Below are positions 31,171 through 41,442 of a DNA stretch of 64,000 nt, piece after piece. Every line of letters starts with the position of its first letter. Within the stretch, counting starts at the first letter, position 1. The notes beneath the pieces are model-generated. The model worked only from the letters and a program-made list of their open reading frames with translations, searched no databases and was not told the origin of the DNA. The stretch is from assembly GCA_003552125.1 (NCBI GenBank), contig PUON01000081.1:4417-68416 (forward strand). Direction: 5' to 3'. Origin of the DNA: Dehalococcoidia bacterium (GTDB lineage Bacteria; Chloroflexota; Dehalococcoidia; GIF9; AB-539-J10). The position numbers and the translations under genes are program-made.

Positions 31171-31200
31171 AATCAGTCAGTGTACCTCGCGGAGGCAGAC

Positions 31201-32139
31201 CTACTCAAACATTGCTCCAACGGACAGGCCAGTGTGGATTCGGTGGATGGCCTCGCCCAGCAACGATGACATGGATAGCACGGTGACCTTATTGAGAACC
31301 TTCTCGTTCCGGACCGGGATCGTGTCAGTCACCACCACTTCTTTCACCGGACATGTGCTGATTCGCTCGATGGCATGGCCAGAGAGCACCGCATGTGTCG
31401 CACATGCATATACCTCGCGAGCTCCTTTGTTGAGCAGGGTATTCACGACGGCGACGAGGGAACCAGCCGTATCGATCTCGTCATCTACGGTAAGGGCGAT
31501 TCGTCCGTTCACTTCACCGATCACGTTAAGCGCCTCAGTCGAGTCGATGTTGCCCAATCGGCGTTTCTCGATAATGGCAAGGGATGCACCCAGATTGGCC
31601 GCCACATCGCGCGCCCGTTTCGAGATGCCTATGTCGGTGGCAACCACCACCAGATCACCCAGCTTCTTGTTACGAAAGTTCTGGCTGAGAAGCGTGACAG
31701 CAGTTAGCTCATCTACGGGAATGGTGAAGAATCCCTGAATCTGCGGCGCGTGAAGGTCCACGGTCAACAACCGGTTTGCTCCAGCGGTCGTGAGCAGATC
31801 GGCAACCAGCCGCGCAGTGATCGGTACACGAGGCTGATCCTTCTTATCAGTCCTCCCGTATCCATAGTAGGGCACTACCGCGGTTATGCGGCCAGCGGAA
31901 GCGCGCTTCAGCGCGTCCAGCATGATGAGGAGTTCGACGAGGCTGGTGTTGACGGGGTTGCATATGGGCTGTACCACGAACACGTCACGCTGGCGCACAT
32001 TTTCGAGGATACGGGCGAAGGTGTTGCCATTGGAGAACTCAAACACTTCACTCTTTCCAACGGGTATGCCCAGGTAGTCACACACGGAGGCAGCGAGGGC
32101 CGGATGTGCGTTGCCCGTGAACACTTTGAGCTCGTCCAT
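31201..32139 (-). CDS. prs: ribose-phosphate pyrophosphokinase
   Basis: MDELKVFTGNAHPALA...PRPP-binding loop VVDDEIDTAGSL. Confidence 0.92.
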   Translation of the reverse strand: MDELKVFTGNAHPALAASVCDYLGIPVGKSEVFEFSNGNTFARILENVRQRDVFVVQPICNPVNTSLVELLIMLDALKRASAGRITAVVPYYGYGRTDKKDQPRVPITARLVADLLTTAGANRLLTVDLHAPQIQGFFTIPVDELTAVTLLSQNFRNKKLGDLVVVATDIGISKRARDVAANLGASLAIIEKRRLGNIDSTEALNVIGEVNGRIALTVDDEIDTAGSLVAVVNTLLNKGAREVYACATHAVLSGHAIERISTCPVKEVVVTDTIPVRNEKVLNKVTVLSMSSLLGEAIHRIHTGLSVGAMFE

Positions 32140-32227
32140 TGGAACACACCTCAGTCGCGAAGAATTTGCATCAGCATTGTAACAGCAGCAACACCGTTAC
32201 CCACGCGCGCTCCCTCCACCACATCAT

Positions 32228-33493
32228 CTAGAGAGAATCGGCACCGGGTATGGGATGTCGCCTACACATCTCCAGGACCGAGCCGCGTACACGATCTCGG
32301 ACCGAATTACTGGACGGTTCACGAAGTACTGCGATGATGTCGCGCGACACTGTGCGGACTTCCTCAGGAGTGAATCCGCGGGTAGTAATGGCGGGAGTGC
32401 CAAGACGGAGACCTCCCGCAATCATAGCCGAACGCGTGTCATATGGAATCTTGTTCCGATTGGCAACGATGCCGGCACGTTCCAAGGCATCCTGGGCTTC
32501 TTTGCCCGTCATGTTCAGATTCGCCAGATCGATGAGAACCAGATGATTATCAGTCCCGCCACTCACCACACGCAAGTCGGCATCAAGCAATTCCTCAGCA
32601 ATGATTCGTGCATTGGACACAACAGCCTGTGCATATTCCTTGAAGGACGAAAGCAACGCCTCCTGAAAACACACCGCCTTGGCGGCGATGACATGCATCA
32701 GCGGTCCACCCTGGCTGCCGGGGAACACTGCCGAGTCAATCCTGGCACCAAGCTCGGCCTTGCTCAGGATGAAGCCACCTCGCGGACCGCGAAGGGTCTT
32801 CTGTGTAGTTCCTGTGACGATATCGGCGTGAGGCACGGGAGAAGGGTGAGCCTCGCCCGCGATGAGCCCCGCAATGTGGGCTGAATCAACCATGAGAAGT
32901 GCACCGGCCTCACGAGCGATCTCACCAAACACCGCGAAATCAATAACGCGCGGGTACGAGCTCGCACCCGCAATGATGAGAGCAGGCCGCTGATGCAGTG
33001 CAAGTGAACGGACGTGTTCGTAGTCGATTACGTGTGTCTTTCTGTTGACACCGTACGTAGCAGCCCGGAAGAATTTTCCGGAGAAGCTCACCTCAGCACC
33101 ATGAGTAAGATGCCCCCCATGACTGAGATCCATACCCAGAATTGTGGATCCTGTTGGCAGCAATGCGAGATAGGCGGCGAAATTCGCCTGGCTGCCCGAG
33201 TGTGGTTGGACGTTAGCATGTTCCGCGCCAAAGACGTCCTTCGCACGCGCTATGGCGAGAGACTCAACCTCATCGACCACACCGCAGCCACTATAGTATC
33301 GCCGGCCGGGATATCCCTCGGCGTACTTGTCGGTAAGCAAGCTCCCGAGAGCCTCTCGCACAGCCATACTGACGTGGTTCTCTGAAGCAATCAGGTCAAC
33401 AGTTTCGGCCTGACGTTGATGTTCGCGTTGCACAAGGTTGAAGAGTTCAGGGTCGAACGAGCGAAGCGCGTCGCCGCAGAGAGGAGATTCCAT
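32228..33493 (-). CDS. glyA: serine hydroxymethyltransferase
   Basis: ASENHVS...KYAEGYPGRRYYSGC...THKTLRGPRGG (PLP lysine). Start at 33493 chosen by alignment to the E. coli GlyA N-terminus; the track ORF extends to 33571. Confidence 0.88.
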   Translation of the reverse strand: MESPLCGDALRSFDPELFNLVQREHQRQAETVDLIASENHVSMAVREALGSLLTDKYAEGYPGRRYYSGCGVVDEVESLAIARAKDVFGAEHANVQPHSGSQANFAAYLALLPTGSTILGMDLSHGGHLTHGAEVSFSGKFFRAATYGVNRKTHVIDYEHVRSLALHQRPALIIAGASSYPRVIDFAVFGEIAREAGALLMVDSAHIAGLIAGEAHPSPVPHADIVTGTTQKTLRGPRGGFILSKAELGARIDSAVFPGSQGGPLMHVIAAKAVCFQEALLSSFKEYAQAVVSNARIIAEELLDADLRVVSGGTDNHLVLIDLANLNMTGKEAQDALERAGIVANRNKIPYDTRSAMIAGGLRLGTPAITTRGFTPEEVRTVSRDIIAVLREPSSNSVRDRVRGSVLEMCRRHPIPGADSL

Positions 33494-33553
33494 GGAGACG
33501 GTAATATACAACGTCGTCCGTTTGTGGTCAACCTGCATACGTGTGCGTACTCT

Positions 33554-33582
33554 TTGACACTCATGTGCCACCGTGCTAGATT
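33554..33582 (+). promoter_or_regulatory. putative sigma-70-type promoter of the hrcA-grpE-dnaK operon
   Basis: TTGACA-17 nt-TAGATT immediately upstream of the CIRCE element. Confidence 0.5.
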
Positions 33583-33590
33583 ACTTTGAA

Positions 33591-33617
33591 TTAGCAGCCG
33601 ATGAGGTAGAGTGCTAA
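33591..33617 (+). promoter_or_regulatory. CIRCE operator (HrcA binding site)
   Basis: TTAGCAGCC-N9-GAGTGCTAA against consensus TTAGCACTC-N9-GAGTGCTAA. The right arm is perfect; the left arm has 2 mismatches. It overlaps the hrcA RBS and start. Confidence 0.8.
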
Positions 33618-34651
33618 TGACCCTAACACCCAGGAGAGAGGCAATACTTCGGGCGATCGTCAGTGAGTACGTGGCCACAGGTATCCCGGTGGCCTCCAAG
33701 GTGATCGCACTGACGGATCTGCGCGTGAGTCCTGCGACAATTCGAAATGAGGTGACCGCGCTCGAGGACGAGGGTTATGTGACGCGCCCGCATACTTCGG
33801 CAGGTGCCGTTCCCACTGACCGGGCATACCGACTTTTCGTCGAGTCAATTGGCGGCGATGCGCAACTACCACTTGCAGACCAACTCCTGATCGCGGGGGT
33901 CTGTCACGACGCCGGCGACGAGCTTGATAAGCGATTACGTCTAATCGCCACTCTCCTGGCTCACTTCGTTCATAACGCGGCGCTGGTGACACAGCCCAAA
34001 CCAACCAAGGCTACATTGAGGCATCTCCATATTGTTTCACTTCAAGACACCCTTGCCCTCCTCATACTGGTAATGTGCGAACCCGCCGTTGTCCGACAAC
34101 GGACTCTGATACTTCAGGCTCCATACACGCAGGACGAGTTGACCGAGCTATCCAACCGCTTGAGTGCCAGATTAGCGGGCATGTCAGCCAATCAGGTTCG
34201 CAAGGAAGTCGAGGTCGTCGGGCAGGACCGCGAACTGCTGCTACAGATTGGTGACATGATGATGGCCGAGGACAAGCCCGAGCTGGGCCGCGCGTACCTC
34301 GAAGGCCTCCACCTGGTGCTTAGCCAGCCGGAGTTCGCAAAGAGCCACAGAACGCTGACGCTCCTTCGGCTCGTGGAGCGCGAGGATTGGCTTGAGACTG
34401 CACTGGGACCCGAATCTGTGGACGAAGGCATACGCGTCATAATCGGGCAGGAGAATCGGGAAGAGGCACTCCAGGATCTCAGCCTGGTGATTGCCAACTA
34501 TGGACTGACCGGACGGGTGAAGGGGGTCATTGGTGTCGTTGGTCCTAAGAGGATGGATTACACCAAAGCCATTTCATCTGTGAACTATTTGTCAGCAATT
34601 CTCAGTGAGTCGCTGGACGATTCAGCGCAGCAGGAAAGGAGTGATACGTGA
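33617..34651 (+). CDS. hrcA: heat-inducible transcription repressor HrcA
   Basis: N-terminal winged-helix [30 protein letters not shown]. Located behind the CIRCE element and upstream of grpE-dnaK. ATG 33617 (GAGGT 9 nt upstream) preferred over GTG 33611. Confidence 0.85.
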   Translation: MTLTPRREAILRAIVSEYVATGIPVASKVIALTDLRVSPATIRNEVTALEDEGYVTRPHTSAGAVPTDRAYRLFVESIGGDAQLPLADQLLIAGVCHDAGDELDKRLRLIATLLAHFVHNAALVTQPKPTKATLRHLHIVSLQDTLALLILVMCEPAVVRQRTLILQAPYTQDELTELSNRLSARLAGMSANQVRKEVEVVGQDRELLLQIGDMMMAEDKPELGRAYLEGLHLVLSQPEFAKSHRTLTLLRLVEREDWLETALGPESVDEGIRVIIGQENREEALQDLSLVIANYGLTGRVKGVIGVVGPKRMDYTKAISSVNYLSAILSESLDDSAQQERSDT

Positions 34652-35196
34652 ACCAGAACGAACCGCTACGCGGAGACTACGTCGAGGACGACTCCTGTAA
34701 CACGGATGAAGAGGTCACAGTTCTGAAGCAGCGCCTCGAGGAATCCGAGGAAAAGGCACGTTCTTACATGGCGAACTGGCAACGTGCTCAAGCGGACCTC
34801 GAGAACTACAAGCGGAGAGCGCAACTGGAAAGACGTGAGGCAACAGACCTATCCAACAGCACCCTGTTGTCGAAGTTGCTCTCCGCGCTGGATGACCTAG
34901 AACGTACGTTCTCTCGCCCTTCTTCGGAAATGCGCAAGGCCTCTTGGGCTGAAGGGGCACGTATGAGCTACATGAAGCTAAAGGGTGCACTTGAAAGCGA
35001 GGGAATTAAGCCAATAGAGGCGCTTGGACAGCCATTCGACCCGCGCTACCATCAGGCGATAATGCGACAACCCGGAGAAGAGGGAATCGTCATCGAAGAA
35101 GTCCAGAAGGGGTACACGCTGAACGATCGCGTGATTCGCCCCAGCATGGTTGTGGTCGGCACTACAGAATCGAACAATGTAAACGAAGAGGACTAG
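34648..35196 (+). CDS. grpE: nucleotide exchange factor GrpE
   Basis: Coiled-coil [31 protein letters not shown] plus C-terminal beta domain. 4-nt overlap with hrcA. Confidence 0.9.
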   Translation: MNQNEPLRGDYVEDDSCNTDEEVTVLKQRLEESEEKARSYMANWQRAQADLENYKRRAQLERREATDLSNSTLLSKLLSALDDLERTFSRPSSEMRKASWAEGARMSYMKLKGALESEGIKPIEALGQPFDPRYHQAIMRQPGEEGIVIEEVQKGYTLNDRVIRPSMVVVGTTESNNVNEED

Positions 35197-35220
35197 TTCA
35201 AGAACGTAAGGAGGACAACT

Positions 35221-37107
35221 ATGGGGAAAGCAATCGGAATTGACCTTGGTACAACCCTCAGTGTCGTCGCCGTGATGGAGGGCGGTGAGCCCAAGATCAT
35301 ACCGAGTGCTGAGGGTGGCAACCTGATTCCATCAGTGGTGGCTGTCAGCAAGAACGGAGAACGACTCGTCGGCGAAATAGCCAAGCGCCAGTCGATCGTC
35401 AACCCGGAGAACACCATATTCAGCATTAAGCGATTGATCGGTCGCAAGTACCAGGATTCATCGGTCCAATACGATATTAAACAACTGCCCTACAAGATCG
35501 TGGAGGGAGAGAACGGTGACTGCAAAGTAGTCATGGGCGGCAAGGATTACAGTCCTCAGGAGATCTCCGCGATGATCCTCCAGAAGCTGAAGGCGGACGC
35601 CGAAGCGTACCTCGGCGAGAAGGTTACGGATGCTGTCATTACGGTACCGGCGTACTTCAACGACAGCCAGCGGCAGGCGACCAAGGATGCAGGAGTGATT
35701 GCAGGGCTGAACGTCTTGCGCATCATAAACGAGCCGACGGCTTCATCGCTTGCGTACGGCATGGACAAGACGGGCGATCGTACGATCGCCGTCTACGATC
35801 TTGGCGGCGGGACATTCGACATCTCACTACTTGACATAGGCGAGGGAACCTTTCAGGTGAAAGCCACGAATGGCGACACTCATCTCGGAGGAGACGATCT
35901 CGACCAGCGTGTCATGAACTGGATATGCGATGAGTTTCGCAAGGAGTCAGGCATCGACCTCAAGCAGGATCGCATGGCGCTTCAACGCATCAAGGATGCC
36001 GCGGAGAAGGCTAAGAAAGAATTGTCGACGGTTGCACAGACTGAGGTCAACCTTCCGTTCATTACGGCAGATTCGAGCGGACCAAAGCACCTCGCAATGA
36101 CCCTCACCCGCGCCAAACTCGAGCAACTGGTGGCCGACCTGATTGACAGATCGCTTGAACCCGTCAAGGTAGCGCTCAAAGATGCCGGCATCTCTCCCTC
36201 ACAGGTCGACGACGTCGTACTCGTGGGCGGCCAGACACGGATGCCCAAAGTCCAGGAAGCCATCAAGGAATTCTTTGGCAAGGACCCGGTTAAAGGAGTT
36301 AATCCTGACGAAGCAGTCGGGCTCGGTGCCGCGATACAGGCCGGTGTGCTCAAGGGAGACGTCGGCGAAGTTCTGCTGCTCGACGTTACGCCACTTACCT
36401 TGGGAATTGAGACTCTCGGCGGTGTTGCAACGCCTCTAATACCAAAGAACACCACCATACCAACTGAAAAGAGCCAGATCTTCAGCACGGCGACGGACAA
36501 CCAGCCAAGCGTTGAGATCCATGTAATACAGGGCGAACGACCGATGGCGGCTGACAACAGAACTCTGGGTCGTTTCATACTTGACGGTATCCTGCCTGCC
36601 CCACGCGGCGTTCCCCAGATCGAGGTGACGTTTGAGATCGACGCAAACGGCATTCTCAACGTCAGCGCGCGTGATAAGGGCACAGGCAAGGAACAAAAGA
36701 TCACGATCACTGCGTCCAGTGGTCTCAGCAAGGAAGAGGTTGAGACCATGCGCCAGGAGGCCGAACGACACGCAAACGAGGACCTTCAGCGCAAGGAAGA
36801 GGTGGAAACTCGTAATGCAGCTGATAGCCTGGCATACACGGCAGAGAAGACCGTGAGGGACCACGGCGACAAGCTTCCTGCAGATGTAAAACAGGAGATC
36901 GAGAGCAACACGGCAGCATTGCGCAGCGCGCTGCAGGGACAGGATGTCTCAGGGATCAAGAGCGCCATGCAAACCCTCTCCGATAGCATTCAGAAAGCTG
37001 GCTCCGCGGTATATGGCCAAGGTGAACCGCAACAGGGCCCTGGCACTACCGGCTTTGAGAGTGATTCGGGCGAGGATACAGTCGATGGCGAGTTCAGAGA
37101 GGTCTAG
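35221..37107 (+). CDS. dnaK: molecular chaperone DnaK (Hsp70)
   Basis: IGIDLGTT..., [18 protein letters not shown], and an EEV-like C-terminus. AAGGAGG upstream. Confidence 0.95.
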   Translation: MGKAIGIDLGTTLSVVAVMEGGEPKIIPSAEGGNLIPSVVAVSKNGERLVGEIAKRQSIVNPENTIFSIKRLIGRKYQDSSVQYDIKQLPYKIVEGENGDCKVVMGGKDYSPQEISAMILQKLKADAEAYLGEKVTDAVITVPAYFNDSQRQATKDAGVIAGLNVLRIINEPTASSLAYGMDKTGDRTIAVYDLGGGTFDISLLDIGEGTFQVKATNGDTHLGGDDLDQRVMNWICDEFRKESGIDLKQDRMALQRIKDAAEKAKKELSTVAQTEVNLPFITADSSGPKHLAMTLTRAKLEQLVADLIDRSLEPVKVALKDAGISPSQVDDVVLVGGQTRMPKVQEAIKEFFGKDPVKGVNPDEAVGLGAAIQAGVLKGDVGEVLLLDVTPLTLGIETLGGVATPLIPKNTTIPTEKSQIFSTATDNQPSVEIHVIQGERPMAADNRTLGRFILDGILPAPRGVPQIEVTFEIDANGILNVSARDKGTGKEQKITITASSGLSKEEVETMRQEAERHANEDLQRKEEVETRNAADSLAYTAEKTVRDHGDKLPADVKQEIESNTAALRSALQGQDVSGIKSAMQTLSDSIQKAGSAVYGQGEPQQGPGTTGFESDSGEDTVDGEFREV

Positions 37108-37145
37108 GATTACACCAGCTCTACGCGAATAAAGGAATACCACTT

Positions 37146-37234
37146 GCATGCGCGAGAAGACGAAGACGAGAGACAGGTACGACACAGCATTAACGCGGTG
37201 TTCGCCGGTAAAGAATCCGTCTTCTCGCGCATGC
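37146..37234. repeat. perfect 17-bp inverted repeat with 55-nt loop downstream of dnaK
   Basis: gcatgcgcgagaagacg ... cgtcttctcgcgcatgc; no flanking T tract, so it is not a typical intrinsic terminator. Confidence 0.6.
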
Positions 37235-37680
37235 TAACGAGACCTTCTCACACCACCCGATTCTCCCGGTCCACTGTCTCTTACGCAACAGTGAGTCTGG
37301 GAATTCCAGGAGACTGCTGAATCGTAGAGCATGTCGACAGGGCCGTCTCCATTGTCGACACGCCGTTTGGAAGATCCCCCAAACATGGATAGACTGTGAA
37401 CGGGATCAATGGCGTACGAAATGCCAGCTGGTGACGAAAGACGCCCGGTTGCATTCGGACCGCTCAGCTAGCACAATTGAGTGCGGCAGGACTCAAAATA
37501 ATCTGAACCAGGTGTTTCGCAAGAGATCGACAAGCCGGGATTCTTTCCAAACTCACGAACTATCAGGTGCGAATGCTGGTCGTGACCTCCTTTGCGTCAG
37601 GAACTCTCATATTCGTCGCATCGGGCATTGACACGCGGTATACCAGCGAAGACAAGAGCGCCGGACACCGCGGGTCACTC

Positions 37681-37709
37681 TTGGTATTCGATCGCAGACC
37701 CAGTACAAT
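37681..37709 (+). promoter_or_regulatory. putative promoter for dksA-lspA-rluD
   Basis: TTGGTA-17 nt-TACAAT, 40 nt upstream of the dksA-like start. Confidence 0.35.
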
Positions 37710-37748
37710 AGGGCCATCAGCAGCCAGAAGGTGAGGTAGGACCACAAC

Positions 37749-38117
37749 ATGGCAACAAGAGAAGAGCTACGCGCAAAACTTGAACACGACAAGGCTCAGG
37801 TGCTTGAACGCATCGAGGTGCTCAAAGCCGACAGTGACAACGCGGGCGACTCGCGAGAGGGGAGTCCGTTCGGTAAGCGTGAAGAAGAGGCTACGGAGGC
37901 TTTTGAACTCGAGAAGCGCCTGGCAATGGAGCGCAGGCTGCGCGAGACTCTTGCAGATCTTACACACGCACTCTCCAAGTTTGAGTCTGGAACCTACGGT
38001 ACATGCGAGCGCTGCGGTAACGAGATTGAACCAGATCGACTGGAGGCAAGACCCCAGGCGAGCCTGTGCATGCGATGCAAAGCACAGCAGACGAAGAGTG
38101 TCGCAGGTGCTTCGTAG
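37749..38117 (+). CDS. DksA/TraR-family C4 zinc-finger protein
   Basis: Coiled-coil N-terminus plus CERCGNEIEPDRLEARPQASLCMRC (C-x2-C-x17-C-x2-C). Confidence 0.8.
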   Translation: MATREELRAKLEHDKAQVLERIEVLKADSDNAGDSREGSPFGKREEEATEAFELEKRLAMERRLRETLADLTHALSKFESGTYGTCERCGNEIEPDRLEARPQASLCMRCKAQQTKSVAGAS

Positions 38118-38613
38118 CAGGCTATTCGGCGGCATGGCCGTCATTGGATTGGTCGTCGGTGTCGATCAGATCACCAAGGCTTGCGTTCGAGATTCCCTTG
38201 CATTGGGCGAATCCATTCAACTGTTCGGTCCGGTGTTCCTGACACACGTCCAGAACACAGGTGCCGTGTTCGGTCTCGGACAGGGATATCCTATCGTGCC
38301 GACGATAGCTTCTATCATAATCCTGGCACTAATCCCATTTATCCTACGCTACTTGCACGTACACTATAAGTACAGCCCAAATGTGTTCGAGGTGTGCTCC
38401 ATTGGTCTGATAGCAGGAGGGGCGATTGGAAATCTCATCGACAGGCTCATATTCGGTGCCGTCACCGACTTTGTAGATATTGAGGTACTGCCAGGCCTGC
38501 GTTGGCCAGCGTTCAATGTGGCGGATGCCTGCATAGTAATCGGTACGATACTGGTTCTCATAATCCTCTTCCGCCACTCCGCAGCAGAAGGCACTCACAA
38601 CAATGCACGATGA
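38107..38613 (+). CDS. lspA: lipoprotein signal peptidase II
   Basis: MAVIGLVVGVDQITK..., NTGAVFGL, AFNVADACIVIG (catalytic Asp boxes). Start is GTG 38107 or ATG 38134. The 37780 track start is rejected because it overlaps the dksA-like gene. Confidence 0.8.
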   Translation: MLRSRLFGGMAVIGLVVGVDQITKACVRDSLALGESIQLFGPVFLTHVQNTGAVFGLGQGYPIVPTIASIIILALIPFILRYLHVHYKYSPNVFEVCSIGLIAGGAIGNLIDRLIFGAVTDFVDIEVLPGLRWPAFNVADACIVIGTILVLIILFRHSAAEGTHNNAR

Positions 38614-39571
38614 GACTCCAAGCCTCACTCAAGTTCTGCGAGCATCCGAAGAGTATGACCGCCTCGACATGTACCTCATCCACAAAGTGGGCATAGTGAC
38701 GCGGTCACGCGCACAGCGGCTGATCCGTGAGGGATGCGTGTCTGTTAACTCTGCCTCGTGCAAGCCCGGACAACCGGTCCACGTTGGAGACACCATACAT
38801 GTTCACCTGCCTTCGGAGCCGGGCCCACCAGTTGCGCAAAGCCTCCCGTTAGACATCATATACGAAGATGACGACATGGCAGTGATTGACAAGCCTGCGG
38901 GCCTCGTCGTTCACCCTGCTCCCGGACACTACCAGCATACACTGGTAAACGCGCTCCTCAGCCGCTACCCGGATATCCAGGGCGACGAGGTGGAGAGACC
39001 TGGGATTGTACACCGGCTCGACAAGGACACCTCAGGCCTCATCGTGATCGCACGTCACCCGGATGCCAAGAACTGGCTTGCCTGGCAGTTCAAACAAGGT
39101 GTAGTACAGAAGACTTACCTCGCACTTGTGGTTGGACACCTGCCGCAAGCAGGAACTATCGATGCACCAATCGGGCGCCATCCGGTACACCGCAAGCGTA
39201 TGGCGATCGTGCCAGGAAGCCGGACTGCGGTTACACACTATTCACCTGTCGAACACTTTGACGGCTTTACTCTGATCCAGGCACAACCGGTTACCGGACG
39301 CACCCATCAGATTCGCGTGCATCTCGCATCCACGGGTCATCCGGTGGCGGGAGATCGCACGTATGGCCATCGTGCCAGATGGAGGGCCCTTGAACCACTG
39401 TTGCATCGGCACTTCCTGCACGCCACAACCCTCACATTGAAGCCGAGGGAATCGAAACCGGATATCACCTTCACCTCACCTCTGCCACCAGACCTACGCG
39501 CGGTCCTGGAACTGCTAAGGCACGGTATCGTAAACGACGAGCCTTGCCGCCCAAATCGTGACGTGGTATAG
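38603..39571 (+). CDS. rluD: RluA-family 23S rRNA pseudouridine synthase (RluD-like)
   Basis: S4-like N-terminus plus catalytic HRLDKDTSGLIV motif. Conserved lspA-rluD adjacency. Confidence 0.85.
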   Translation: MHDETPSLTQVLRASEEYDRLDMYLIHKVGIVTRSRAQRLIREGCVSVNSASCKPGQPVHVGDTIHVHLPSEPGPPVAQSLPLDIIYEDDDMAVIDKPAGLVVHPAPGHYQHTLVNALLSRYPDIQGDEVERPGIVHRLDKDTSGLIVIARHPDAKNWLAWQFKQGVVQKTYLALVVGHLPQAGTIDAPIGRHPVHRKRMAIVPGSRTAVTHYSPVEHFDGFTLIQAQPVTGRTHQIRVHLASTGHPVAGDRTYGHRARWRALEPLLHRHFLHATTLTLKPRESKPDITFTSPLPPDLRAVLELLRHGIVNDEPCRPNRDVV

Positions 39572-39870
39572 TGGCCACACTTCGGCTCATGGATAGCAAA
39601 CAGTATCTGGAATCACTCGACCGTCTCGCCGGAGAACAGCAGCGACGAGAAAGCAAGTTGCTGGCCGAGTTGCTCGGTGAGGCGGGATATGACGATCTGG
39701 CGGCCTACGAGGCCAACCTCGCCGAGCAGCAGAGTCGCTTGTTGTTCTCCATACAAGCGGAGCTTGAGGATACAGAGATGGCCCTCAGGAGAACAGAGCA
39801 GCTTGCCCACAAGCTCAAGAAGCACATGGACCGACTTAAGGGACTGCAGAAGGTTCTGTCATCGAAGTAA
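39571..39870 (+). CDS. hypothetical coiled-coil protein (99 aa)
   Basis: Heptad-like Leu/Glu/Gln-rich ORF between rluD and gltX. The start (GTG 39571 or ATG 39589) is uncertain. Confidence 0.4.
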   Translation: MATLRLMDSKQYLESLDRLAGEQQRRESKLLAELLGEAGYDDLAAYEANLAEQQSRLLFSIQAELEDTEMALRRTEQLAHKLKKHMDRLKGLQKVLSSK

Positions 39871-39938
39871 GGTACCGTCAGCGGCCAGACTGATACGTAG
39901 TGATGCGCCAGGATCAGGGCACTCCGGGAGCATCGTTC

Positions 39939-41414
39939 ATGGCAAATGATACCGCAGGTTCCATCAGGGTGCGTTTCGCCCCAAGCCCCACCGGCCACCC
40001 ACACGTAGGCAATATACGCACCGCACTCTTCAACTGGCTGTTCGCACGACACGGGGGTGGCACCTTCCTCCTCAGGATAGAAGACACCGATACTGCACGG
40101 CGTGTCGAGGGAGCAGTCGAATCCATCACCGACGGACTCCAGTGGCTCGGCCTCGACTGGGACGAAGGACCGGTGTTCCAATCTGACCGACTCCCACTCT
40201 ACCGCGACGCCGCAGATGCCCTCATCCAGCGTGGCGCCGCCTATCGGTGTTTCTGCACCCCGGAGCGGCTCGAGCAGGTGCGCGAAGATAAGGCGCGTCA
40301 GCACCTCCCTCCACGATATGACGGACGGTGCCGAGATCTTGATCCTGCTGAGGTAAGTTCGGGCATCACATCCGGCACACCCTCAGTGATCCGCTTCAAG
40401 ACTCCCCGCCATGGTGAAACGACATTTGAGGATCTGATTCGAGGTCCAGTGACGTTCGAGAACGCCACGCTCAACGATTACGTGCTCCTGAAGTCGGACG
40501 GATATCCAACTTATCATCTCGCCAATGTGGTCGACGATCACGACATGCGCGTGACCCACATCATGCGAGCTGACGAGTGGATATCGAGCACGCCCCTTCA
40601 CGTGATGCTGTACTCTTCCTTCGGCTGGAACCCACCGCAATTTGCCCATCTGCCGATGATCCTCGGACCGGACAAGGCGAAGCTCTCCAAACGGCATGGC
40701 GCCACGACGGTAATCGAATACCGCGAACAGGGCTATCTCCCGGAGGCGCTGTTCAATTTCCTCGCGTTGCTGGGATGGTCACTGGATGACAAGACGGAGC
40801 TGTTCAACCGGAACGAACTGGTTAAGGCGTTCACACTTGAACGCGTTGGCAAAACTGCCGCCGTCTTCGACAGGACCAAGCTTGACTGGATGAATGGAGT
40901 CTATATCCGGGCCCTGGACATAGAAGAGTTCGCGCACCACGCTATGCCCTTCCTCGAACGCGATCTCCCGGAATCAGTGCCGCGTCCAATCGATCGACAG
41001 TACGCCAGGCGTGTGCTGACGCTCCTGCAGGAACGCACCAAAGTGCTTTCTGAAGTCGCCGAGCTGAGCACATTCTTCTTTGAGGATGCGGTCTCCTACC
41101 CTGAGCAGCAGCTGATCCAGAAGGGCATGGATGCATCCAAGGTCCAGCAGGTTATCAGGACCGTGCTTGCGGCCGTAGATGGCCTTGAGAAATGGGAGGC
41201 AGAGACGCTCGAAAGCAGTATACGCCCGATCTGTGAGCAACTGGGGTTGTCTCCAAGGCAGGTATTCGGCGTACTCCGGGTAGCCGTTACGGGAAGGACA
41301 GCAGCCCCACCGCTCTTTGATACTATGGAGGTACTCGGCAGGAGCCACTGCCTCTCCCGACTCACCATTGCTTACAGGCGGATGGAGGACAGCTGGTCAG
41401 CTGAGATCGGATGA
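39939..41414 (+). CDS. gltX: glutamate--tRNA ligase
   Basis: HIGH-class motif PSPTGHPHVGN and KLSKRHG (KMSKS). GGGAG lies upstream of ATG 39939. Confidence 0.9.
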   Translation: MANDTAGSIRVRFAPSPTGHPHVGNIRTALFNWLFARHGGGTFLLRIEDTDTARRVEGAVESITDGLQWLGLDWDEGPVFQSDRLPLYRDAADALIQRGAAYRCFCTPERLEQVREDKARQHLPPRYDGRCRDLDPAEVSSGITSGTPSVIRFKTPRHGETTFEDLIRGPVTFENATLNDYVLLKSDGYPTYHLANVVDDHDMRVTHIMRADEWISSTPLHVMLYSSFGWNPPQFAHLPMILGPDKAKLSKRHGATTVIEYREQGYLPEALFNFLALLGWSLDDKTELFNRNELVKAFTLERVGKTAAVFDRTKLDWMNGVYIRALDIEEFAHHAMPFLERDLPESVPRPIDRQYARRVLTLLQERTKVLSEVAELSTFFFEDAVSYPEQQLIQKGMDASKVQQVIRTVLAAVDGLEKWEAETLESSIRPICEQLGLSPRQVFGVLRVAVTGRTAAPPLFDTMEVLGRSHCLSRLTIAYRRMEDSWSAEIG

Positions 41415-41442
41415 TGCTAGACAATGCAAGGAGGTTGCACAG

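Noticed and set aside
37468-37484. CIRCE-like motif ctagcacaattgagtgc upstream of the dksA-like gene
   Set aside because: It contains TAGCAC and GAGTGC half-site cores but with a 4-nt instead of a 9-nt spacer and incomplete arms. It is not a bona fide CIRCE.
37108-37748. Known housekeeping ncRNAs (tmRNA, RNase P RNA, SRP/4.5S RNA) in the long intergenic region after dnaK
   Set aside because: None of the conserved cores I know is present: the tmRNA 3' tRNA-like end GGTTCGA(T/A)TCC...CCACCA, the RNase P AGGAAAGTCCGGGCTCC/ACAGAAAGC boxes, or the SRP GGAAGCAGCCAAGG helix-8 motif.
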